DNA of 64,000 bases from Candidatus Spyradenecus sp. (GTDB taxonomy: Bacteria; Verrucomicrobiota; Kiritimatiellia; RFP12; DVOR01): positions 36 through 64,035 of the forward strand of contig JAZRAG010000078.1 in assembly GCA_045634445.1 (NCBI GenBank), given 5' to 3'. A model generated the notes under the pieces. It did not search any database. It saw only the letters and a program-made list of their open reading frames with translations, and was not told the origin of the DNA. Each line of letters starts with the position of its first letter. Positions within the stretch are counted from its first letter, which is position 1. A program made the translations under genes and the position numbers. Positions 9,803 to 19,098 of this stretch are shown in pieces.

Positions 9803-11662
9803 TCATCCAATGTTCTTGTCTTTAGTAACTTGTTTTATAATCTTAACATCTTCAGAAGTCAAATCATATTGCTGAATCAACCATTTTTCAAATTCAGCGC
9901 AAGATTTCTCTATAACAACGTTTAACTCTTCTTGAGAAATTCGTGGAATCCCCAATTTTTTTATATAATTATGGGCAAGAGAATAATGATTAGTTCCGTA
10001 CGGTTTGCTTGTTGATAAAATATAAAACCAAAAGATACATGTCTCCATAATTTTTTTCAAAAAAAGTAAACTATTTGTATCTTTTGCCATTGCAGCCATG
10101 CCATTATAAAATAACATGTCATTATCATCACAGTAGACGGGGACGAATGCTTCTGTGGCAATGTGCGGAAAAAATAACTTCCCTTGATTAAAAACAAATC
10201 CTTGATTGCGTCCAAACGCATACCAATAAGTATATGTTTTTTTCCCTTTGTCTCTTGTTCTTAAAATTGCTTTTTTGCTCTCCAAATATTTGTATGCATA
10301 TGGATAATTTTTTTTAAAAAAATCCTCTGCCAAAAGTTTTTTTGTTTCAATATCATATGGGAATATAACATACTGTATATTTTCTGAAAAACTTTTCTCT
10401 GATGATATCTTGTTGGAATTTACAATTTTTGTGCAAACATTTTTTTCAATCTTATATTCAACACTATCTGACTGCAAGAAATAAAATGTCTTATTTTCTC
10501 TAACTGGCGAAAAGATATAAACATCGTTTTTCAATGTCGCAATACCGCTGGATGTGTCGTAAATATTTCCCAGCGGTTCTCCTGTATTTTCAATTTTTTT
10601 AATAATATCTACACTTGTTAAATTCCATCCATTGGAATTATCCAATAATTGCCTAGCAACAGGTGTCAGCATTATTTCCGAAAAGCATATTTTACTTTTC
10701 ATTCTAAAATAGTTAATAAAATCAGATGATTTTTTCTTAACAATACAGATACAAGTATAAGTAGATTTACTTTTAAAAACAGGAATGCTACCAAAATCTA
10801 AAATTTCCAAATGTAATTCCCCTGAATTCAAAAAATGACGTAGATTCCGCCCATTCACACTTTTAAAAAAAGTGTTCATCGTGATAAATCCAAGAACTCC
10901 ATTGGGGGCAAGCATTTCTACACCAATTTCAAAAAATGGTATATATAGATCTGGGTGTCCGACATTGCATGTTTTAAATTTTTTAAGCAATTTCAATGTC
11001 TCATCATTGAGATGGCGTGAGCAAACATACGGGGGATTACCTACAATAACATCAAACTTATCTTTACCGCAATGTTGCCTCCAATCAAAAGACAGAGCGT
11101 TCCCTGTAAAAATGTTAAATTCGAAAGAATCTGCATCTTCACCGGCAAGAACGGCGGCCAAGGTTAATAATATTTTTGATCTTTCGACGGCATATTTCTC
11201 AATGTCAACGCCATAAATTTGATTTTTATAGATATCTCTATAATTAATATGTAAATTATTATGTAAAAAATTTGCAGCAGTCAGTAAAAATCCTGCACAA
11301 CCACAAGCTAAATCACAGATACTGGGCAAAGTGTTTTGCTCTAAATTTATACTATTTTTTACAATATATTCTCGTATTGCTTCTGGAGTGTAAACTGCTC
11401 CGTTAACAATTTTGTCTGCAGGTGAAATGATGAATTCAAAAACCTCAATCAAATCTTCCAAACTTTTAATCTTGATTTTTTTATTGAGCAACATGAAAAG
11501 AGAAAAGTCTGAATCATCTTTTTTTATACTCAAGGAGTTTATTAGTTTGTTTTTGGAGCATTTGACATTGTTTTGTATTAAAAACACAGAGACAACAAGA
11601 CGATTGATCTCATCTGTTTTTTGAGTATATTTTGTCAAAAATTTCAACTCGTTTTTATTCAT
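9803..11662 (-). CDS. N6-adenine DNA methyltransferase (Eco57I/TaqI-like, gamma class)
   Basis: VYTP, motif I DLACGCAGFL, motif IV VIVGNPPY, C-terminal TRD-like region. Confidence 0.9.
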   Translation of the reverse strand: MNKNELKFLTKYTQKTDEINRLVVSVFLIQNNVKCSKNKLINSLSIKKDDSDFSLFMLLNKKIKIKSLEDLIEVFEFIISPADKIVNGAVYTPEAIREYIVKNSINLEQNTLPSICDLACGCAGFLLTAANFLHNNLHINYRDIYKNQIYGVDIEKYAVERSKILLTLAAVLAGEDADSFEFNIFTGNALSFDWRQHCGKDKFDVIVGNPPYVCSRHLNDETLKLLKKFKTCNVGHPDLYIPFFEIGVEMLAPNGVLGFITMNTFFKSVNGRNLRHFLNSGELHLEILDFGSIPVFKSKSTYTCICIVKKKSSDFINYFRMKSKICFSEIMLTPVARQLLDNSNGWNLTSVDIIKKIENTGEPLGNIYDTSSGIATLKNDVYIFSPVRENKTFYFLQSDSVEYKIEKNVCTKIVNSNKISSEKSFSENIQYVIFPYDIETKKLLAEDFFKKNYPYAYKYLESKKAILRTRDKGKKTYTYWYAFGRNQGFVFNQGKLFFPHIATEAFVPVYCDDNDMLFYNGMAAMAKDTNSLLFLKKIMETCIFWFYILSTSKPYGTNHYSLAHNYIKKLGIPRISQEELNVVIEKSCAEFEKWLIQQYDLTSEDVKIIKQVTKDKNIG

Positions 11663-11670
11663 ATGTCACC

Positions 11671-12360
11671 TCACACGAACATTGGAAACAATTTGTTCCT
11701 ATTGAATACTTCATGCGAGGATTCTGCTGAAAATCCATTAAAATATGGTTCCCAAAACATATCTTGCGAAAACTTAATTATAGTCTTGTAATCATTGTCA
11801 TTGAATATGGTTTCGAACTTTGGATAACATTTTCTTTCACAAAAATTGTGAAAAATAAAATGTAGGCATAAAAACGGATCCATAGGGGGATATGCTATCC
11901 GTGGAGCCTTAAACAATAATATTTCACCAGAATTCTTATCTTTTATGCCTCGTCCACCACAATGCATGTGATAATAGGGATGTGCCAAATTCTTTTTTGC
12001 TGAAGAATCATCTTGATCAAAATGCCAACAATAATGGCAATTACTACATGAGCCGCCAAAGGCAAGAATATTTATTTCATGTTTTCTTATCGCATTTAAC
12101 TTGTTAAACCTATCCACAACAAATGAAACATTTGCATTTATTGCAAGAGAAACACTACCCCCGTAATTAAAGCATAACGCTGCTTGTTCTTTTAAATTAA
12201 CAACAAGATTAGTAATTTCTGCATTAATACAATCTTGTTTTCGAACAAATTGAATGCGTTGTACAATGTCTGCACAATCAACAACGGAACAAGCATGTCT
12301 TTTTAGTATGCCTTGCATTTGTGCTTTATAAGTATTAAGTATGGTTATTACTGCTTGCAT
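11671..12360 (-). CDS. Uncharacterised protein with WHFD...HPYYHMH...PRIAYPPMD motif
   Basis: 229-aa ORF overlapping the response regulator gene and 8 bp from the MTase gene. Confidence 0.75.
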   Translation of the reverse strand: MQAVITILNTYKAQMQGILKRHACSVVDCADIVQRIQFVRKQDCINAEITNLVVNLKEQAALCFNYGGSVSLAINANVSFVVDRFNKLNAIRKHEINILAFGGSCSNCHYCWHFDQDDSSAKKNLAHPYYHMHCGGRGIKDKNSGEILLFKAPRIAYPPMDPFLCLHFIFHNFCERKCYPKFETIFNDNDYKTIIKFSQDMFWEPYFNGFSAESSHEVFNRNKLFPMFV

Positions 12361-13421
12361 TTAGCGTCCTTTTCTAACTGACGAAAACGTTGTTTTGCCT
12401 CTTTTGTTGCATACTTTTTGTATTTATCACTACCTTGCAAAATAGCCTCAAAAGAAATATATTCTTGTTCTTGCCATGGATAAAGATTACTTTGTAACAA
12501 CTCAAAGCCTTCAAGAGGATCCAATGCTTTCAACGTTGTCTGACAAATTGTCCAAAATCTACAACTTTGGGCATACGCAGGCAAGCTAATTGCATGCATT
12601 TTTTTTAATCCAGTTTTTTGAATAATCGCTTGAACTCTTTCTTCCGCAGTCAATTGCCTTAAAAATGTTTTACTAATATTCTTATCCCACCATAACTCAA
12701 CGCCCTGCGCCCACCAACGCGGATACATAGTACTAAAGACTCCATTGTATTGGTAGGAAGATAATAAATTTTTGAGAGCCTCCCAATCTGCAGAATTTTT
12801 TGAAACACCTAATCTTGCAGCCAAAACGTCCTCTCCAATTAAAATGCCAATCGGTTTAACAATCTGGTACAATACAAAAATTGCATTTTCATGCAAACTT
12901 GAAGAGTGTTCTGGTAATAAAAAAGTATTTTCTACAATGTCTGGTAAATGGATACCTTTGGGCACAGCAAGAATTTCACATAACTTGTGATGACGTTTAA
13001 TAAAATCATAGGCTTGAATGATATCTAACAGCATGCAGTTGTAGTAGTCCGGATTTTTGAGGTATTTTTCTTTTATGATAGAGTAGTCAAACAATTTACA
13101 AGAAGACATTTGCTTATAAAAGCTTGTTATTTTGCTTTCTGACGAAATAAGAATAATCGGAACATCATAAAATGACATAACACCGGGGGTGCGTAATGCT
13201 TGAGCTAAAGCGGGGGCATCATAACAATTATTTCCATTTGTCAAACGAAAATCAATAACAACTAATGAATAATTACCATTTTTCACCATTGTTGGCATTT
13301 CAGCAAAAGAATGTGGTTTTTCAAAGGAAACATTAAATTTTGTCTCCCGCTTTAATTGATTTGCTATAGTTGTAGCATTACAATCATCTATCAATAAAAT
13401 ATTATAAGTCATATTTTTCAT
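12348..13421 (-). CDS. Response regulator receiver domain with unknown ~230-aa C-terminal domain
   Basis: ILLIDD acidic pocket, VVIDFRL phosphoacceptor, IILISS, conserved Lys (SIIKEK). Confidence 0.85.
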   Translation of the reverse strand: MKNMTYNILLIDDCNATTIANQLKRETKFNVSFEKPHSFAEMPTMVKNGNYSLVVIDFRLTNGNNCYDAPALAQALRTPGVMSFYDVPIILISSESKITSFYKQMSSCKLFDYSIIKEKYLKNPDYYNCMLLDIIQAYDFIKRHHKLCEILAVPKGIHLPDIVENTFLLPEHSSSLHENAIFVLYQIVKPIGILIGEDVLAARLGVSKNSADWEALKNLLSSYQYNGVFSTMYPRWWAQGVELWWDKNISKTFLRQLTAEERVQAIIQKTGLKKMHAISLPAYAQSCRFWTICQTTLKALDPLEGFELLQSNLYPWQEQEYISFEAILQGSDKYKKYATKEAKQRFRQLEKDAKCKQ

Positions 13422-15765
13422 AATCCTTATCTGTTGCTTGCGGGAATTCTATACGAAAACATGTGGAAAAACCTTCTGGCGGAGATACGAGTTCTATTGA
13501 TCCACGATAACTGTCAACAATATCTTTGACTATCTTCAAACCCAAGCCACAACCGTGCATATCATTTTGCGAGAATTCACTGTATGCCTTGGGTGCAGTC
13601 GTAGTGAAAAATTCTTCAAAAATATGAGGTGCATCTTCTTCTGAAATACCATCACCAGTATCAGAAAACTCAAAAAATACTTTTTCATTTTCTCGTCCAC
13701 AAGAAAATATGATTTTTCCAGGGACTCCAGTGCGCTTTATTGCTTTTACAGAATTGCTAAACAAATTGAATAGTATCGCAGCTAATTCTGATGGATGCAT
13801 TGGTTTTGTGAACAAGCGATATTCATGTACATCTATTTCTGGCATTTCAATGTCATAATTTTTGGCTGTAGCAAGATGACTATTGCGGAAGCTATTTAAA
13901 TGTACAAAAATATCAAGAGGTTCAAGTTCTGTAATAAGACTATGGGAAACAGCTTCATCGAAAAAAGATGTATACGAATACAAAGCCGCAATATTTTCAG
14001 ACAGATTCTTTTCTGTCTTTAATACTACTTCTGCATCGGAAGCATTTTTACGCAACCCAACCAAATCGCAGGTTATGTAATCGACGCTATTTTTAATTTC
14101 ATGGGAAAACTGAGCCATTGACAATCCAATACTCGCCAATATACGCAAACGATTTCGTTCTGCCAAATATTTTTTTTGGAAAGCTTTTTTGGCATTTTCG
14201 GCATCTTTTAACGCGGTCTTTAAGGCTTTCTTTTTCTTTCTTTTACGCTTTTGGGCTTCTATGGAAACATCATTATCTTCTTCATCAAGCTCATCAATCA
14301 AACGAGCAATATTTTTTAGTTTTATCTCCAACGGCTCCCAACTTCCGTCATCATTTTTTTGCTGAGCTGCGGCCAGTTTTACTCCTCGAGAACGATTTAT
14401 TTGCAGTGTCGCTGAAATAATCAACTTAAAAAGCATATTTTTCAGTTGAATGAATGATTCCGTTTCCAGCAAGCCTTCACGGCTAGAGGTTTCACAGAAA
14501 ATATTTTGGGGATCCCTAATATCAACATAACCCCAATAGTTGTTGTTACCATGAGGAGGCAACAGAACTCTGTCTCTCACAGATTTATCTAATTTTAACC
14601 AGTCATCTCCAGGTTCGCCATATGGAAGCACTCTAAAGCCATTCCTGTAAAGTCGTATTCCTCCGTGCTTTTTTGTTTCTTCCTGCAACGCACGCAATTT
14701 ATTTGGTGGAACATGTTTTGCATCCAAAATGAAATAAAAAGCTTCAAATATCATTTCAGGAAGTTGTAAAAAGTGTTCTGGTATTGCTTCATTTTGCTCT
14801 GAAAAGTCAGATGATACCGTACCAGTCAAGTTTATATCAAATTTTTCACTATAAATACTATAATGAGCAATGCCTTTTTCATCTACATTACCCGTTATTT
14901 TTGCCAAAGCATAATCTGTTGCATTGAGTAAATCTGGTTTTACGAGTTTTTTCTCTCCAGCGTCAATTTTCAAAAAAGATACAGAAAAATAGTCCTTTGT
15001 TTCATCGGCATCTGCATTTTTTTCAATACAACCAGTATCTTTATCGAATTTTTGTGGAAATTCAGGCGGAGCAATACAGGGAGAAATGACATCTGTGATA
15101 TAGCGATATATTCTTTTTACTGAGGTCGTTGTCCATCTGTCGCGAAGGTTATTTATTATTAATTTGGTCCCTGTTTTTTTAGTCTCTGCATCAATTGATA
15201 TTTTATGCGAAACTAATGCTAATTCAGAAATCGAGTCATAATCATTCCAATCAATTTCCAACTTGAGAGCCTGTGGGGAATCGTCTGTTTTCGTAATAAT
15301 TGTTAAGTTTGTTCCTAAACGCTGAACAGCAAACCGTCCAATTCCTTTTTGACCGGCTCGTTTACGAAGAAATTTCTTAGAGAATGGATTATTTATTTTA
15401 TTGGCAGATGAAATACGCATAAATCCATTGATTAAATCAGCTCTCGACATCCCTTCGCCATTATCTTCTATAATTAAAGTTCCTCCCCCATTGTCTGCAT
15501 CAATGAAAGATAAGGTAACAACTCTTGCATCCGCATCGTAAGAGTTTTTTACAAGTTCTGCAACAGCTGTTTCTTGCCGAGAAACCAATTCTTGGCCCAG
15601 TCTTGTTATAAGTCCGGAGTCTACTGAAAAACGTGCATATTCTTGATCGCACAGTGCAATAGCTTGAGATAATTGCAATATAGCATTATAATCAGTAGGC
15701 GTCTTGCTTAACTCTTGTGCAAGTTCTTTTTTCAAGAAAGAGAGTTTATCTGCCTGCTCGCTCAT
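13402..15765 (-). CDS. GHKL (MORC/MutL-like) ATPase fused to a complete histidine kinase
   Basis: N-terminal ELVKNSYDADA, DNGEGM, GQKGIGRFA; C-terminal H-box FSHEIKN, N-box NLFSNSVKA, DTGDGI, FFTT, GLGL. Confidence 0.9.
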   Translation of the reverse strand: MSEQADKLSFLKKELAQELSKTPTDYNAILQLSQAIALCDQEYARFSVDSGLITRLGQELVSRQETAVAELVKNSYDADARVVTLSFIDADNGGGTLIIEDNGEGMSRADLINGFMRISSANKINNPFSKKFLRKRAGQKGIGRFAVQRLGTNLTIITKTDDSPQALKLEIDWNDYDSISELALVSHKISIDAETKKTGTKLIINNLRDRWTTTSVKRIYRYITDVISPCIAPPEFPQKFDKDTGCIEKNADADETKDYFSVSFLKIDAGEKKLVKPDLLNATDYALAKITGNVDEKGIAHYSIYSEKFDINLTGTVSSDFSEQNEAIPEHFLQLPEMIFEAFYFILDAKHVPPNKLRALQEETKKHGGIRLYRNGFRVLPYGEPGDDWLKLDKSVRDRVLLPPHGNNNYWGYVDIRDPQNIFCETSSREGLLETESFIQLKNMLFKLIISATLQINRSRGVKLAAAQQKNDDGSWEPLEIKLKNIARLIDELDEEDNDVSIEAQKRKRKKKKALKTALKDAENAKKAFQKKYLAERNRLRILASIGLSMAQFSHEIKNSVDYITCDLVGLRKNASDAEVVLKTEKNLSENIAALYSYTSFFDEAVSHSLITELEPLDIFVHLNSFRNSHLATAKNYDIEMPEIDVHEYRLFTKPMHPSELAAILFNLFSNSVKAIKRTGVPGKIIFSCGRENEKVFFEFSDTGDGISEEDAPHIFEEFFTTTAPKAYSEFSQNDMHGCGLGLKIVKDIVDSYRGSIELVSPPEGFSTCFRIEFPQATDKDYEKYDL

Positions 15766-15767
15766 AA

Positions 15768-15962
15768 TTATTCTCCTGCTCGTCCAGACTTAATCCACAT
15801 ATCCACTTCTGACAGTTTGAATTTTCAGAATTTGCCGATGCGGTGTCCAGGGAGATTTTTCTTTTCAAGGTACACATATATCGTCTCCCGGCGGACACCG
15901 AGATATTCTGCGATTTCTTTGATGAATAGCCATCTGTCTTCTATCAAATCAAGCTTTTTCAT
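15768..15962 (-). pseudogene. Excisionase-like (HTH_17/MerR-type) DNA-binding protein with in-frame TGA
   Basis: Manual translation MKKLDLIEDRWLFIKEIAEYLGVRRETIYVYLEKKNLPGHRIGKF*KFKLSEVDMWIKSGRAGE; TGA at 15825-15827 where this family usually has Trp. Confidence 0.8.
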
Positions 15963-16360
15963 TGCAATATTCCTGAAACGCCCAAACTTTCATTCTTTTG
16001 GAAATAGTGTCACCACATATCGTTCGGGATAATATATCAATATTATCGTGATTTTTCAAACAGAAATGCAAGAAAAAGTGTTAGTTTTATGCAGTTTTTG
16101 CTGGCTTTACTTCATTTTCAGGATGTGTCATGAGAATGGAATCATTCTTGTTGTTCCATATTGCTCAAATGCCTGTTGCAAGTGTTCCTGGTCGGAATCA
16201 CTGTCAGTTGCATCAGGATAATGCGAAACAGGAAGTTCCCGGCAAGAAAGAGTTCCAGCAGAATAAATATATTCTCCATACTCCAGACTGCCGCCTTCTT
16301 CATAACGAAGCAAAAAAGATTTTATGGGGGCAATTTCGTTGAGAAACTTTATCAGCGTAA

Positions 16361-17632
16361 TGTGTCAAATAAAAAGTGCACCAAAGATGTGGTAAATGGT
16401 TGAAGATGTGTGAGTTAAGTGTGTCATTGATATGTGCACCGAAGGAGATGCGTTCTATGGGGAAGGGACGGCATGCCGTCCCTTCCCCATAGAACGAGCA
16501 GAATGTTGCGTAGAAAAGAGGCGATTTAGCATTCTTTCACACTGTGCTCGAAGTTTTACAGCATAACATTTTGGAGGTGGCGGTAATGGGATTATTTGGG
16601 CAAGTCTTTGATAAGGTGTTAAAGGGTTGTCAATCTTACGTCTATAAGAAATCCATTTGGATGTAACTCGCCGTACTTTTGAAATTTGGCGTGTACATGG
16701 AATGCAAAGATTGTAGAGTAGACTCCATTGATCACACAATTCAGTAAGGGCTTGATATTGATTAAAATCGTCAAATCTTAAATCTCCAAAAAGGGTCCGT
16801 ATAATTGAGCCATTTTTCTGTTCAATTCGGTGATTGTCATTTTTATGATATGATAGGGACGTGAGCGTGTAAAAAGAACGTTGGGATAATAGGTTTTGAG
16901 AAACTCTAAAAGATGATGGTTAATGAATTCTCCACCATTATTTACATGGATGACATCGGGCGTGAATGGAAGACTTTCAAAAATGTGTTTTAACGCCTTA
17001 CATGTTGCCTCTAAGCCACGATTCCAAACAGGTGCACACATACTCCACTGCGTCTCAACTTCAGTAACGTGTAAGATCCAAAAGAAACTCTCGCGCATAT
17101 TGCCCCCGCAGAGTGCCACCGTGTCAACTTGAAGGACGAAAGTGCCCTTTTTCTCGTATAACGTTCCAGGTGCAGCAGGAATTCCTGCTGCAATCGTAGC
17201 GTTATTCCCGGAACGTTTATTAGCAGAACGCATCTGAAACTGGTGTGGCCTCAGAATACGTGCCATCGTTGAAGGACTCATCTGCAAAAGTTCACGAACG
17301 ACCTCTGGAGAGAAATAAACATTGGGACGCGCCTCTTGGTAGTCGGCAATTGCTTTTTCAATTATCGAATGCAAATACCGGCTACACATTTGCCCAAAAG
17401 CGAACCAAATTTTAACAAGACGATCACGTGCTTCTTTTGAATACGTCGGGGCACGATCACGGTGCTTTTTGTAGACACGGCTTCCACACAATAATCGAAT
17501 AACATATTTTCGTGAAAAACCTGTCATTGTAACAGCTTCATCAATCAATGCACTTCGCTCTGAACGGTGTTTTGCACGTGCATACCTCTGCTTCATTTTA
17601 GTCATGTATTCCCTCGTTGTTTTTGCTGTCAT
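16361..17632 (-). mobile_element. Degenerate IS with rve-type DDE transposase (frameshifted pseudogene)
   Basis: ORFs 16778..17632 and 16455..16739 are rejoined by removing the TGATA duplication at 16846-16855. LQVDTV and RIEQKN motifs; second Asp appears as N (HVNNGGEF). TGTGTCA-N7/8-GTGCACC repeats at 16361 and 16420 may mark an end. Confidence 0.75.
16451..16496. repeat. Perfect 46-bp spacerless palindrome
   Basis: CGTTCTATGGGGAAGGGACGGCA|TGCCGTCCCTTCCCCATAGAACG. Confidence 0.95.
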
Positions 17633-18597
17633 GGCGTAGCGGTTACTGCGACATAAGTTTTCTTTTTAAAGAAACATAATATCTCACGAATTAACCCATT
17701 AATCCTTGTCGGATCCTCATCATCCTTTGCCGTATTAACACTCGCATAATCTGCTTCGTCATCCAAAATTAACGTTGGGACACGTAGTGCATTAATCTCA
17801 TTTTGAGAACGCTTAAGCCACTTCTTTAAAGCTGTTAGTACTGTTACATTCCTCTTACAAACAACTACAACAGGAATGTTTCTCTCGAGATTTACATTTC
17901 GCAAATCTAATATTGATTTTCCAACATCGTTATCAAGTATAGTCAAAATTAGCGGCGTCCGGCCTTCATTTTCTGGCCTCTTACCTACGCCAAGAATCTT
18001 TGAGCTATCCGTTGATTGTGCACCAACAAAATCGTTTTCCAAGCGCTCCTGTGTTTGCTTTCTAAGAGCTTCAATAGTTCCTGTTAAAACAATGAAAAGT
18101 TTATATCCAACATCTGCAGCTTTATTCATTAACGCTGTAAAGTTTATTGTCTTACCAGACTGAACATCGCCAAGAATTAAACCTTTTTGATTAAATCCAT
18201 CTAACCCTGGATTTCCGAGAAGGTCCATGATTTTATCACTGGTCTCATCCAGTTTTGTTAACGGACTTTCTTTCGGATTAATTGGATTCACAAATCGGTC
18301 TGCACACTCTGTTTCCAGCTATTCTTTGAATCGATTCCAATAGAAGTGATTAAGCTGTGGTTTTCGTTCTGGATACCACGATTGCAGTCCCTGGTCTACA
18401 ATTGCTCGCCCAGACACCTGCTTTAAATCACACGACGTTTTAAGTTGCTTCTTTTGTATTTCAAAGGCTTCGTCTGAAATATCTTCAATAAGCTTCAACT
18501 TTTCTTTTACTTCTTCAACTATTTCATCAATATCCTTTTCAAAAAGAAAGTCAACACCCCTCTCTTGCATCCGCTTGTGCAACGATCTGCTAACCAT
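17629..18597 (-). pseudogene. Z1-domain helicase-like protein (MzaB-like), internal amber stop and C-terminal truncation
   Basis: GDVQSGKT, LILDDEADYAS, YVAVTATP. In-frame TAG at 18319-18321 separates the two ORFs; reading ends at the transposase start. Confidence 0.8.
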
Positions 18598-18625
18598 GAC
18601 AGCAACAAGCTCTATATCTCTTCTT

Positions 18626-18908
18626 TTTCATTTCTTCAATACTTTGTACTATATTCGCCCAGTCATAACTTATTCATTTACAATAACTTATCTTGAATAT
18701 TTTGTGGCGGGAAATTTTAAGCTTAAAATCAGTACAATTTGTACTATCCGTGCAAAATTTAAACAGTACAAAATCTTTCCGTGCAAATTAATTTAAGGGG
18801 AAATTTCCTCTCGGGAAGAAATCTTAAACAGTACAATTTTTGGTCGGGGACTTTTTAGCCCTGTTTAGAAAATCCTAGGAAATAGTACGAAGCCCTGAAG
18901 AAATGAAA
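18626..18908 (+). repeat. Imperfect direct repeat B, copy 2 (right flank of island)
   Basis: Aligns with 1219..1500. Confidence 0.9.
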
Positions 18909-19098
18909 ATAAAGAGTCGCAAATTGAGTCTAAAGAGGCTTAAATTTTGGGGATAATAACACTAAACACCAAGAATATCACACATCATAAAGCAATGCAC
19001 TCACAAGTCATATGCCTAAATATGTTTACTTTTACAAATTCAGACATTTAATTGACGTGTTGAGGATGTGAACCAGAAGGTTGTTTTAGAGGTTGTTT

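Larger units (their letters stand above)
1219..18908. mobile_element. AT-rich defence/genomic island bounded by repeat B
   Basis: Visibly AT-richer than the flanking host genes, restriction/defence-type cargo, IS remnant, long terminal direct repeats. No integrase seen in this window. Confidence 0.7.

Noticed and set aside
15825-15827. TGA-to-Trp recoding in the island
   Set aside because: Neighbouring island genes (173, 5828, 7828) end in TGA and use TGG for Trp.
16128-16313. 61-aa ORF upstream of the HTH gene
   Set aside because: No recognisable motif or RBS; probably a remnant cut by the IS.
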